Source: Candidatus Eiseniibacteriota bacterium (lineage in GTDB: Bacteria > Eisenbacteria > RBG-16-71-46). From it: a DNA stretch of 64,000 bases. The position numbers and the translations under genes are program-made. Where the stretch lies: NCBI GenBank assembly GCA_963725865.1, contig CAVSAC010000014.1, forward strand, positions 64,001-128,000, read 5' to 3'. Below the pieces are notes generated by a model. The model was given only the letters and a program-made list of their open reading frames with translations. It ran no database searches and was not told the origin of the DNA. This document shows, piece after piece, positions 53,676 through 63,813 of the stretch. Each line of letters starts with the position of its first letter. Position 1 is the first letter of the stretch.

Positions 53676-55119
53676 CGACGTAGTCGTTGACGCTCCGGCC
53701 GGGGGTGAACTCCACCATGCCGGGACGCCGCACCTGCCCTTCGACCCGGACCGAGAGCACGATCTGATCGACGCGCACCACGTCCATCTCGCGCAGCAGC
53801 GGGTCCACCGCGCTGCCGGCCTGCTGGATGCGGTCGAAGTCGACGCGGAAGCTGTTGCGGCGCTCGGCGAGCTTGGTCTGGAACACCGCGTACTCGGACT
53901 CGGTCATCTCGGAGCGCGACAGCCGCACCAGGCGGTCGAACTCGGAGTCGCCGTCCTGCCCGCCCTCGGAGGGCCGCACGATGTGGATCGCGGCGTGGTT
54001 GGCGCGCGGTCCGAATCCACCGGCCCAGCGCACCAGGTCGCTGAGGTGGTCGCGCCCGAGCACGATCGGATAGGCGCCCGGGCGTCCGACCTCGCCGTAG
54101 ATCTCCACGGTCGGCAGCTGGTGGTATTCCGGCACGAAGTAGGCGAACAGCCGGTCGCCGTCGCGCAGCGTCGGGTTCACGGCCCCGGAGACTACCGCCC
54201 CGACCTCGAGCCACAGCGAGTCGCGCTGGGTCGGGCCGTCGAAGCGCACCATGAGCAGCTGGTCGCGCGCGGTGGCCGGCACCAGCCCGCCCGCCAGCGC
54301 CAGCAGGGTGCTGAGGCTGTCCCCCGGCACGAACTCGTAGTGGCCCGGCCGCATCACCGCGCCCCCGGCCTCGATCTCGGTGGTGCGCCGCGGGACGCTG
54401 ACCACGTCCCCGTCGAGCAGGAACGGGTTCATCGACTGGCGACCGGCGTTCTCGTAGAGCTGCAGATCCACGCGCGAGACGGAGCCGTCGAGGTGCTTCA
54501 CCTCGATGTCGCGCCGCGAGGCGTCCGCCAGCAGCCCGGCGTGAGCGAGGACCTCGCTCGCGCGCGTCACCGCCGAGGCCTCGATCGCGCCCGGCTTGGT
54601 CACCGAGCCCACCACGTAGACGCGGAAGGTCCGCACCCGCACCAGGCGCAGGTCCGCACCCACGCCGCGGAAGGTCCGGGCCACCAGCGCGAGCACGCGC
54701 TCGCGGGCCCAATCCAGGGTGTGGCCGCCGACCTCGATGGTGCCCGAGCCGGCCAGCAGCACCTTTCCCTCGGGGCTCACCTCCAGCAGCACGCTGCGCG
54801 CCACCCGTCCCCACAGGTCGAGTTGCAGCACGTCCCCGGGCCCCAGCACATAGGTGGCCCGATCCACGCGGCCCGCGAGTCCCGCCGGCGGATTGGTGCG
54901 GATCTGGTCGAGCCGGGTGTCGAGCTCGTCGCCTTCGGGCGAGAGCCGCGTCCCGGTCTCCTCTCCGGTGGTGCCGGCCGCGCCGCGGCTGAGCGCGGCG
55001 GCATCGCGGCTCGAGCGGTCGCTCGACTCCTGCGCCGCGAGCGGCGACGCGGTCGCCAGCACGACCAGCGCGGCGATCGTGGCCGGCAGGACGGCCCTGA
55101 GGCCGCGGAGACTCCTCAC
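53676..55119 (-). CDS. SLBB-domain polysaccharide export protein (Wza/KpsD-like), 3'-truncated at the junction
   Basis: Signal peptide; YVLGPGDVLQLDLWG; repeated SLBB units (VYVVGSVTKPG, GAVMRPG, VEIYGEVGRPG, VRVEGQVRRPG); breaks at ...NDYVDL. Confidence 0.85.
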
Positions 55120-56168
55120 GCGCGCACCTCCTTCAGCACCTTGCGCTGGCCGTACATCCGCTCGTAGTAGGCGCGGAACTCGCCCTGCTTGATCGGGCGC
55201 CACCACGACTCGTTCTGCTGGAACCACTGCACGGTCTGCCAAATCCCCTCCTCGAACGGGATGCGCGGCCGCCAGCCGGTGACCCGCGTGAGCTTGCTCG
55301 AATCCACCGCGTAGCGACGGTCGTGGCCGGGGCGGTCCTCGACGTGGCGGATCAGCGTGCGGGGTCGCTCGAGCAGGCGCAGCAGCGTGTCGGTGATGGT
55401 GAGCACGTCGAGTTCGTGCTGGGCGCCGATGTTGAACGTCTCGCCCTCGATGCCGGGGTGCTGCAGCAGCGTGACGAGGGCGGCGCAGTGGTCCTCGACG
55501 TGGAGCCAGTCCCGGCGGTTGAGCCCGCTCCCGTACACCGGCAGCGGCTCGTTGTCGATCGCGTTGGTCACGAAGAGCGGCACCAGCTTCTCGGGGTACT
55601 GGCGCGGCCCGTAGTTGTTCGAGCAGCGGGTCACGACGACGGGGAGGCCGTAGGTACACCAGTAGGCGTAGGCGAGCCGATCGCCGCCCGCCTTGCTGGC
55701 CGCGTAGGGCGAACGCGGATTCAGCGGCCAGTCCTCGGTCGAGTGGCCTTCGAGCACCTCGCCGTACACCTCGTCGGTGGACACCTGGATGAAGCGCTTC
55801 ACGCCGCGCCGGCGGGCCTCCTCGGCCAGCACGAACACGCCGTACACGTCGGTCTGGATGAACTCGCCGGGGGTCTCGATCGAGCGGTCGACGTGCGACT
55901 CGGCGGCGAAGTTCAGCACCACGTCGCAGCCGTCCATCGCCCGCGCCACCGCCTGCGGATCGCGGATGTCGCCGTGGATGAACGTGAGCTGGGCGGGGTC
56001 CAGCCCCTCGAGGTTCTCGCGCCGACCGGCGTAGGTGAGCGCGTCCAGCACCACCACGTGCGCGCGCGGGAAATGCGCGAGCACGTGGTGCGCGAAATTG
56101 GAGCCGATGAAGCCGGCGCCGCCGGTCACCAGGATGCGGGCGCTGTCGAGGCGGAGCGCCTCAGCCAT
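55116..56168 (-). CDS. rfbB: dTDP-glucose 4,6-dehydratase
   Basis: TGGAGFIG; FAAESHVDRSI; VSTDEVYG; SPYAASK; DRPGHDRRYA. Confidence 0.95.
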   Translation of the reverse strand: MAEALRLDSARILVTGGAGFIGSNFAHHVLAHFPRAHVVVLDALTYAGRRENLEGLDPAQLTFIHGDIRDPQAVARAMDGCDVVLNFAAESHVDRSIETPGEFIQTDVYGVFVLAEEARRRGVKRFIQVSTDEVYGEVLEGHSTEDWPLNPRSPYAASKAGGDRLAYAYWCTYGLPVVVTRCSNNYGPRQYPEKLVPLFVTNAIDNEPLPVYGSGLNRRDWLHVEDHCAALVTLLQHPGIEGETFNIGAQHELDVLTITDTLLRLLERPRTLIRHVEDRPGHDRRYAVDSSKLTRVTGWRPRIPFEEGIWQTVQWFQQNESWWRPIKQGEFRAYYERMYGQRKVLKEVRA

Positions 56169-56264
56169 CCTGCCGACTCCGATCGCGCGGGAGGCGCGGG
56201 TCGTACGGCGCGCCCCGGAACCCGTCGGCGCACCGCTCGCGCCTCCGCACGCTCACACCGTCGC

Positions 56265-57620
56265 TCATCGTGCCTTCCTCGCGCGCGCGCGCTTGGGACG
56301 GGCGCCCGGCCGGCCGCGACCCACGCCGACGTGGGTGAGTCCGGCGGCCTCGACCGCCTGCGGATCGTAGATGTTGCGCAGGTCCAGCAGCACCGGCTTG
56401 CGCATCAGGCGCTTGAGCCGGGCCAGGTCCATGTTCCGGAACTCGTTCCACTCGGTCACGATCGCCAGCGCGTCGGCGCCGCGGGCGGCGTCGTAGGCGT
56501 CCTCGGCGATCTCGACGCCGCGCAGGATCGGCAGCCCCTTGGCGTTGTCCATCGCCACCGGATCGAACACGCGCACCTTGAGGCCGCGACGCTTGAGTCC
56601 GGCGAGGATCTGCAGCGCCGGCGCGGCCCGCAGGTCGTCGGTGTTGGGCTTGAACGCCAGGCCGAGCAGGCCGACCTTCTTGCCGCGGCCCTTGCCGACG
56701 GCGGCCACGATCTTCTTCACCATCAGTTCCATCTGGTGCTCGTTCGCCGCGATGGTGGCGTCCACCACGCGGGTCGGCACCTTCACGTCGCGGCCGATCG
56801 CGGACAACGCGAGCGTGTCCTTGGGGAAGCACGAGCCGCCGTAGCCCGGCCCCGAGTGCAGGAACTTCGAGCCGATGCGCCGGTCCATGCCGATGCCCTT
56901 CGCCACCGCCTTCACGTCGGCGCCCACCGCGTCGCACAGGTTCGCGATCTCGTTGATGAACGAGATCTTGGTGGCGAGGAAGCAGTTCGAGGCGTACTTG
57001 ATGAGCTCCGCCGACTCCAGCGAGGTCACCACCATCGGGGTCTCGATCAGGAACAGCGGATCGTGGATCTTCTTGAGGATCTGGGCCGCCTTGGCGCTCT
57101 CGGCGCCGATCACCACGCGGTCGGGCCGCATGAAGGTCTCGAGCGCCGAGCCCTCGCGCAGGAACTCGGGGTTCGAGGCCACGTCGAACTCCGCGCCGCG
57201 CTTGGCGAACTTGCGGATGAAGTCGTACAGGTGGCGGGCGGTGCCGATCGGGGCGGTGCTCTTCTGGACCACCAGCACGTAGCCGTCCATGTGGCGCGCG
57301 ATGGTCTTGGCGACGGCGTAGATCGCGCTGGTGTCCGCGCTGCCGTCGGCGCGCGGCGGGGTACCGACCGCGATGAACACCACCTTGGTCCCCTTGAGCG
57401 CCCGGGTCAGGTCGCTCTCGAACGCGAGGCGGCCCTCCTGGACGTTGCGGCTGACCAGCTCCGGCAGCCCGGGCTCGTAGAACGGGACCACACCCCGCCG
57501 CAGGCGGTCCACCTTGGAGGGGTCGTTGTCGACGCACGTCACCTTGTTGCCGAAGTCGGCCAGACACGCGGCGGTCACCAGACCGACGTAGCCGGCGCCT
57601 ACCACGGTGATGGAATACAC
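56265..57620 (-). CDS. ugd: UDP-glucose/GDP-mannose 6-dehydrogenase
   Basis: VGAGYVG; SNPEFLREG; GYGGSCFPKD; FKPNTDD. Confidence 0.94.
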   Translation of the reverse strand: MYSITVVGAGYVGLVTAACLADFGNKVTCVDNDPSKVDRLRRGVVPFYEPGLPELVSRNVQEGRLAFESDLTRALKGTKVVFIAVGTPPRADGSADTSAIYAVAKTIARHMDGYVLVVQKSTAPIGTARHLYDFIRKFAKRGAEFDVASNPEFLREGSALETFMRPDRVVIGAESAKAAQILKKIHDPLFLIETPMVVTSLESAELIKYASNCFLATKISFINEIANLCDAVGADVKAVAKGIGMDRRIGSKFLHSGPGYGGSCFPKDTLALSAIGRDVKVPTRVVDATIAANEHQMELMVKKIVAAVGKGRGKKVGLLGLAFKPNTDDLRAAPALQILAGLKRRGLKVRVFDPVAMDNAKGLPILRGVEIAEDAYDAARGADALAIVTEWNEFRNMDLARLKRLMRKPVLLDLRNIYDPQAVEAAGLTHVGVGRGRPGARPKRARARKAR

Positions 57621-57711
57621 GGCGAGTCCTTTCGGAAGACGCAGTCACGAGCCGCGGGGGTCCCTGTTGCGGGCGGGACGGCGGTCGGTGGGATGTTCAA
57701 ATCGGCCGGTC

Positions 57712-57741
57712 AGACTAGGGGTTCGGTGGGCCGCCGGTCAA
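57712..57741 (-). promoter_or_regulatory. Sigma70-type promoter of ugd
   Basis: TTGACC-N18-TAGTCT on the minus strand. Confidence 0.55.
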
Positions 57742-58054
57742 CCGGAACACGCGGGCCGCGCGCGAAGGTCGCGGGCGCAGCACGGGCGGCGAATGACCTT
57801 TGCGGCGCGCCCTCCCGGTGTGCACGCGACCGCGGGTTCGCCCGGCGCCCAGCCACTCGCGGACGCGGCGGCCGGCGGCCGGTGCGCGCCCGGCGCGATG
57901 CGGCCACGGCACTTGACGGGCACCGGCACATCGCGAACAGTACGCCGTCGCTCGACCGCCGACCTCCATACGCCGCCCGAGGTGCCCTTCTGCTCCGAGC
58001 CCGACCTGCATCGCCCTCGCCCGACGCGAGCCGCCCCCGCGGCTCTCGACGGCG

Positions 58055-59548
58055 ATGACCTGGCGCCCGGCGGGCGCGCGGCAGCTGCTGCGCGGCGTGT
58101 TCTGGAGCCAGCTCGGCCAGGGCCTGCCCGCGCTCGCGGCGCTGGTGCTGGTCCCGCGGCTGGTGCACGGACTCGGCGTGGAGCGATTCGGCGTGCTGTC
58201 GCTGGCGTGGCTGCTGATCGGCTACTTCACGCTGTTCGATCTCGGGGTCTCGGGCGCGCTCACGCGCATGGTGGCGGAGCGGCTGGCGGCCTCCCGCCGC
58301 GCGGAAGTGCCCCCGCTGGTGTGGACGTCGCTCGCGCTCACCACCGGCATGGGCGTGCTCGGAGGCGCGCTGCTGATGGCGCTGGCTCCCATGCTGGTGG
58401 GCGGCGTGCTGAGGATCCCGGCTGCGCTGCAGCCCGAGGCGCTCCACCTCACCTGGCTGCTGGCGGCCACGCTGCCGGTCGTCACCGGCACCGCCGCGCT
58501 CACCGGGGTGCTCGCCGCGCAGCAGCGCTTCGGCGCGCTGAACGCCGTCCGGGTGCCGCTCGGGATCCTCACCTACGCCGCGCCGGTGGCGGTGCTGCCG
58601 TTCTCCACCAGCCTGGTGGCGGCGGGCCTGGCGCTGGTGGCGGTGCGGATCACCGCCGGCTTCGTCTACCTCGTCGTCTGCCTGGCGGTGACGCCCGGCC
58701 TGCGCGCGCACCTCGAGTTCCAGCGCGCGCTGGTGCGTCCGATCCTCGGCTTCGGCTCCTGGATGACGGTGACCGCCGTGCTCGGACCGTTCATGGTCTA
58801 CCTCGACCGCTTCCTGATCGGCGCGCTGCTCTCGATGGCGATGGTCGCGTACTACACCACGCCCTATGACCTCGTCTCGCGGGTCGCGTTGCTGTCGCTG
58901 CCGGTGGTGAACGTGCTGTTCCCCGCCATCGCGGCGAGCTTCGACACCGATCGCGCGCGGGCGGCGCGGCTGTACGACTGGGGCACCCGCGCCGCCGCGG
59001 CGCTGTTGTTCCCGTTCACGCTGGTGCTGGCCGTCTTCGCGCCCGAAGCGTTGCGACTGTGGCTGGGCGCCGACTTCGCGACCCATGGCGCGGCCGTGCT
59101 GCGACTGCTCGCCGTCGGCGTGTTCCTCAACGGCGTCGCGCAGGTCGCGCTGGCGCTGGTGCAGAGCTCGGGCCGTCCCGACCTGGGCGCGCGCCTGCAC
59201 GCGCTGGAGCTGCCCGCCTACCTCGTGACGCTCTGGTGGCTCATCCACGCCCAGGGCATCGTGGGTGCCGCGATCGCGTGGCTGGCGCGCGTGGTGGTCG
59301 ACGCCGCCGTGCTGTTCGTGCTCGCCCACCGGCGCCTCGGCGGCGGCCGCGCCGGGGCGGGCGCGCTGGCCGCGAGTGCGGTGGCGGCGATCGCGATGGT
59401 GGCCGGCTGTCTGCTGCCGGACGTGCGCGCGCGCGTGGTGTTCGCGGCGCTCGTGCTGGGGCTGTTCGTGGTGGTGGCGTGGCGGTTCGTCGCGCGGCCG
59501 GGGAGCCGCGCGTTGTTCGCGCCCGCGGCGGCCGGATCGACGACGTGA
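58055..59548 (+). CDS. wzx: Wzx-type oligosaccharide flippase
   Basis: LGVERFGVLSL...LFDLG; YLDRFLIG; many TM helices; 497 aa. Confidence 0.9.
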   Translation: MTWRPAGARQLLRGVFWSQLGQGLPALAALVLVPRLVHGLGVERFGVLSLAWLLIGYFTLFDLGVSGALTRMVAERLAASRRAEVPPLVWTSLALTTGMGVLGGALLMALAPMLVGGVLRIPAALQPEALHLTWLLAATLPVVTGTAALTGVLAAQQRFGALNAVRVPLGILTYAAPVAVLPFSTSLVAAGLALVAVRITAGFVYLVVCLAVTPGLRAHLEFQRALVRPILGFGSWMTVTAVLGPFMVYLDRFLIGALLSMAMVAYYTTPYDLVSRVALLSLPVVNVLFPAIAASFDTDRARAARLYDWGTRAAAALLFPFTLVLAVFAPEALRLWLGADFATHGAAVLRLLAVGVFLNGVAQVALALVQSSGRPDLGARLHALELPAYLVTLWWLIHAQGIVGAAIAWLARVVVDAAVLFVLAHRRLGGGRAGAGALAASAVAAIAMVAGCLLPDVRARVVFAALVLGLFVVVAWRFVARPGSRALFAPAAAGSTT

Positions 59549-60581
59549 GCGCGACCCCGGCTTCGGCAGGGCGCGCGCTGCGCAGCCGGCCCGCGCCGGC
59601 GTGCGGCGTCTGCGGTGCGGCGGGGGTGCCGCTGTACGAGGACCTCGAGGACCGACTGTTCGGGGCGCCGGGCCGCTGGCGATGGGTGCGCTGCCCGGAC
59701 CCGGCGTGCGGGCTGCTGTGGCTGGATCCCGCGCCGCTGCCGGAGGACCTGGGCCTCGCCTACGCCGACTACTACACCCATGGCACGGCGACCCCCGCAC
59801 GTGGCGCACTCGAACGCGCACTTCGGCGCTGGGCGCGCCAGGGCTACTACGCCCGACGCTTCGGCTACCGAGTGGGCGGCGCCGCGCTGAAGCGGTTGTT
59901 GGCGCGCGCGGTGGTGCGCACGGACTCCACGCGCGAGTACCTCGACCGGCTGATCCTCATGCTTCCACCACGCAGGCGGGCGGCCGAGTCCTCGACGTCG
60001 GATGTGGCGAGGGGCGCACCGTGGAGGAGCTGGCGCGGCTCGGCTGGGAGGCCGAGGGCGTGGACTTCGATGCCGCCGCGGTCGCGCAGGCGCGCGCGCG
60101 CGGGCTGCGCGTGCACGCCGGAGCGCTCGAGGCGCAGCGCTATCCCGACGCCCACTTCGACGCGATCGGTATGAGTCACGTGCTCGAACACCTGCCCGAG
60201 CCGCTCGCGACCCTCGCGGAGTGTCGCCGCCTGCTGCGCCCGGGCGCGCGTCTGGTGCTCGCGACGCCCAACGCGACCAGCCTCGGGCACCGGCGCTTCG
60301 GCCGCGACTGGCGCGGACTCGAGACGCCGCGCCATCTGCAGGTGTTCACCGCCGCGGCGCTCCGCCGCGTGCTGGAGCACGCCGGACTGCACGAAGTGTC
60401 TCTGGCGAGCGAGCACCCACGCGGCGGCTTTAACCACGCGGAGAGCCGGCGCATCGCCGGCGCGATCGGTGCCCGGTTCGACGACGCACCCGCGCTCGCG
60501 TTCGCGCGCGAGGAGGTCGCCGCGATGGCCGCCGATCCATGGGCCGGCGAGGAACTGCTGCTGGTGGCGACCGCGGGCTGA
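59545..60581 (+). CDS. Class I SAM-dependent methyltransferase with N-terminal Cys cluster, frameshift near 59975
   Basis: CGVC...CPDPACG; RVLDVGCGEG; MSHVLEHLPEP; TPN. Confidence 0.85.
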
Positions 60582-60591
60582 GCGGCGGCGC

Positions 60592-61543
60592 TCAGGCGAT
60601 CCGGCCGCGCCACTCCGCGAGCACGTCGTCGAGCGTGCGCGCGAGCGGGATCTCGGCCCGCCAGCCGATCTCGCGCGCGAGCAGCGCGGGGTCGCCCACC
60701 AGCCACGGCAGGTCCGACGGGCGCATGCGCGCGGGATCGACCTCGACCCGCACCGGCACGCGCGCGCGCGCCGTGAGCATGCCGAGCAGCGCATCCAGCC
60801 GCACGCCCTCGCCCCGGCAGATGTTGTACGCGGCGAACCGCCTGCCACGCTCGACCAGCGCGACGTAGGCGCGCGCGATGTCGCGCACGTCCGACAGGTC
60901 GCGGGTCACCGCCAGGTTGCCCACGCGCAGCACCGGCTCCACGCGGCCGGCCTCGATGCGGGCGATCTGCTCGGCCCAGCCCGGCACCACGAAGCGCGCG
61001 GTCTGCCCGGGCCCGGTGTGCCCGAACGCCCGCGCCACCACCAGGTCGAGTCCGTGGGCGCGCGCGAGCGACAGCGCGAGCGTCTCCCCCGCGGCCTTCG
61101 AGAGCGCATAGGGGCTGATCGGGGCGAACGGCGCGTCCTCGCCCACCCGCGACCCTTCCGGGCACGGCCCGTACACCTCGCTGGTGCTCACGAGCAGCAC
61201 GCGCGCGCCCGGGACCACGCGCCGCACGCCCTCCACCACGTGCCAGGTGCCGGCGGCGTTGGCGCGGAAGGTGCCCTCGGGATCCTCGAACGAGAGCGCG
61301 GCGCTGCTCTGCCCGGCCAGGTGGATGACCGCGTCGGGCCGCGCCGCGGCGAGCGCGGCCTCGATGGTGGGCGGATCCAGCAGGTCGAGCGCATGCCACG
61401 CCGCGAGCGGCGGATCCACGCGGCGCACTCCCGAGCCCGGCGCCGTGCACGCGCGCGCCGACCGCCGCCAGCGCGCGCACCAGGTGCGGTCCGACGAACC
61501 CGTTGGCGCCGGTGACGAGGACGGTGCGGTCCCTCAGCTCCAT
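60592..61543 (-). CDS. Rmd-like GDP-4-keto-6-deoxy-mannose reductase (extended SDR), frameshift near 61430
   Basis: VTGANGFVG; HLAGQSS; SPYALSK; FGHTGPGQ; RPSD. Confidence 0.75.
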
Positions 61544-61571
61544 GGTGCGCGCGTGCTCGGCCGGCGTGCGC

Positions 61572-62525
61572 TCATCGCGCGCGCCAGTGCTCCAGCATGT
61601 CGGCGAGGGTCTGCTCGAACGGGATGGTCGGCTGCCAGCCCGTGATGGCGCGGAACTTCGAGGCGTCGCCGAGCAGGATCGGCACGTCGCTCGGCCGCAG
61701 GCGCGCGGGATCCTGGCGGACCTCGATCTTCGCCTTCGTCATCCCGAGCAGCAGGTCGAGCACGTCGCGGATCATCCACGCCTTGCCCGAGCACAGGTTG
61801 TAGACCTCGCCCGGCGCGCCCTTCTCGAGCGCCAGCCAGTAGGCCTTCACCATGTCGCGCACGTCGGTGAAGTCGCGCTTCGCGTCGAGGTTGCCGACGC
61901 TCAGCAGCGGCGCGCGGCGGCCCTTCTCGATGTCGGCGATCTGCTTGGCGAAGTCCGACGCCACGAACACCGGACCGCGGCGCGGGCCCTCGTGGTTGAA
62001 TCCGCGCGTGCGCACGGCATCGAGCTTCCACGACATCCAGTACTGGTAGCCGAGGTAGTCCTGCGTGACCTTGCTCACCGCGTACGGCGACAGCGGGCGC
62101 AGCGGATTGGTCTCGCGGATCGGCACCTCGTCCGGGTAGACCATGCCGTACTCCTCGCTCGAGCACGCGAGCTGGATGCGGCAGTCGAGCCCGATGCGCC
62201 GCACCGCCTCGAACAGGTTGACCTGGCCGAGGATGTTGGTGCTGAGCGACTCGGTGGGCGCGGTCCACGAGGTCGGCACGAACGACTGCGCGGCGAGGTG
62301 GAAGATCCACTCGGGCCGCACGTGTTCGAGCGTACGCAGCGTGGAGGCGGCGTCGCGCAGGTCGCACTCGTGGAGCCCGATGCGGTCCATGAAGTGCTCG
62401 ATGTTCTCGGTGCGGCTACGCCAGCGATGGATGCCGTGGATCTCGCAGTCGCCCCGCGCGAGCATGTAGTCGACGAGGTGGCTGCCGGCGAAGCCGGTCA
62501 CACCGGTCACGAGCACACGGCGCAT
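61572..62525 (-). CDS. GDP-mannose 4,6-dehydratase-like extended SDR
   Basis: VTGVTGFAGSHL; HLAAQSFV; SPYAVSK; FNHEGPRRG; GNLDAKRD. Confidence 0.8.
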   Translation of the reverse strand: MRRVLVTGVTGFAGSHLVDYMLARGDCEIHGIHRWRSRTENIEHFMDRIGLHECDLRDAASTLRTLEHVRPEWIFHLAAQSFVPTSWTAPTESLSTNILGQVNLFEAVRRIGLDCRIQLACSSEEYGMVYPDEVPIRETNPLRPLSPYAVSKVTQDYLGYQYWMSWKLDAVRTRGFNHEGPRRGPVFVASDFAKQIADIEKGRRAPLLSVGNLDAKRDFTDVRDMVKAYWLALEKGAPGEVYNLCSGKAWMIRDVLDLLLGMTKAKIEVRQDPARLRPSDVPILLGDASKFRAITGWQPTIPFEQTLADMLEHWRAR

Positions 62526-62571
62526 GGAGGCTCCCAAAGGTCGAGGTGGGCGTGGTCGAAGACGGCGCCGA

Positions 62572-62600
62572 ACACTAGGCGTTCGGCCCGGTACGGTCAA
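62572..62600 (-). promoter_or_regulatory. Sigma70-type promoter of the gmd-like operon
   Basis: TTGACC-N17-TAGTGT on the minus strand. Confidence 0.55.
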
Positions 62601-62633
62601 TCCGCGCGGGCCGTGGACGCGGGCGCCGCGCGC

Positions 62634-63779
62634 TCACCTGCGACGATCGGCCTTCTTCGCGGGAGCCGGCTTCTTCGTCTCGGGCTTCGCCGCGTCCTTC
62701 CACACCACGCGCTCCGGCAGCTCGGCCACGGTCACCGCGCGGGCGGCCAGCGCCCACTCGGCGCTCTCGGGCGTCGGCTTCTGCAGGTCGCGCGTGAACG
62801 CCGCGATGGTGCGGCGCGCCGCCTCGCGGTAGCGACTCTCGCCGCTCACGCTCGCCAGCTCCGCCAGGAACCGCGCAGCGCGCGCGTTCTCCCAGGCCAG
62901 CCGCTGCGCCTTGCGGATACGGCCGCTCTTGTCGGGGTAGACCTGGGTGATGAAGCCGCCCTTCTCGCGGTCCTCGTACCAGCGCAGCATGCGATCGGCG
63001 ATCGCGCGCGCGGTCGCGAGGTCCGCCGCGCGGCCGGCGAGATGCGCCGCGAGCAGGCAGGCGCGCCCCATCTCGACCTGGTCGATGAGCTGCGGCGGCT
63101 GGAGCAGCTCGCCGAACGGGCCGCGGCGCGTCAATCCGAACGTGGTATCGACGCCGGAGGCGAGCGTGCGATCGATGCTGCGGAGCGCGAACGCGCGCGA
63201 CCTGACGTCGTTGGTCTCGGCCGCCCAGCGCAGCCAGGCGTGCACCGCGACGCCGTTGGCGGCGCCCACCAGCTCGCGATCGCCCACCATCGCCGTCACG
63301 AACCCGCCGCGCCCGTCCGTGAGCACGCGGTCCATGAACGTCCACACCCGCAGCGCGCGGCGGCGATAGAGCTCGTCGCCGGTGAGCCGCCAGCAGTCGA
63401 TCAGCAGCTCGAGCCGGCGCGAGTTGATGTCGGTGCGCTTCTCGAACGCCGAGTTCCCGGGCGCGATGTCGCGGGCGCGGCCGTAGAACCCGCCGCCGAG
63501 CGTGTCCTGCAGCGCCCACGTCCACTCGGTCGCGGCGAGCCCGCGCCGGCGCCAGCTCTCGTCGCCGCGCGCCAGCCGCAGCGCCAGCTCGGCGGCCGCA
63601 TCGTCGGGGGCGCCGTCGCGCATCACCCACGCGTTCCGCACCGTGTCGTACTGCGCCGCCACCTGGGCGGTGAGGCGGTTGGCCAGCGCGTGCTCGTCGA
63701 GCAGCAGCGGCCCCGCGATGCGCGGCGGCGCGGCGGCCCACAGGCCCGCCAGCGCGACCAGCAGCGTGAGCGAGGTCAT
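62634..63779 (-). CDS. Secreted hypothetical protein, possibly an (alpha/alpha)6 AGE/YyaL-like fold
   Basis: Signal peptide; repeated LQDTLGGGFY, TDGRGGF, EDREKGGF motifs; helical composition. Confidence 0.55.
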   Translation of the reverse strand: MTSLTLLVALAGLWAAAPPRIAGPLLLDEHALANRLTAQVAAQYDTVRNAWVMRDGAPDDAAAELALRLARGDESWRRRGLAATEWTWALQDTLGGGFYGRARDIAPGNSAFEKRTDINSRRLELLIDCWRLTGDELYRRRALRVWTFMDRVLTDGRGGFVTAMVGDRELVGAANGVAVHAWLRWAAETNDVRSRAFALRSIDRTLASGVDTTFGLTRRGPFGELLQPPQLIDQVEMGRACLLAAHLAGRAADLATARAIADRMLRWYEDREKGGFITQVYPDKSGRIRKAQRLAWENARAARFLAELASVSGESRYREAARRTIAAFTRDLQKPTPESAEWALAARAVTVAELPERVVWKDAAKPETKKPAPAKKADRRR

Positions 63780-63813
63780 CGATCCCTCCCTGGAATGGCC
63801 ATCCGGACGCGGC

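Noticed and set aside
53530..55659. 709-aa novel SLBB fusion protein
   Set aside because: The N-terminal extension is an alternative frame of rfbB, and the C-terminal tail is out-of-frame read-through across the junction
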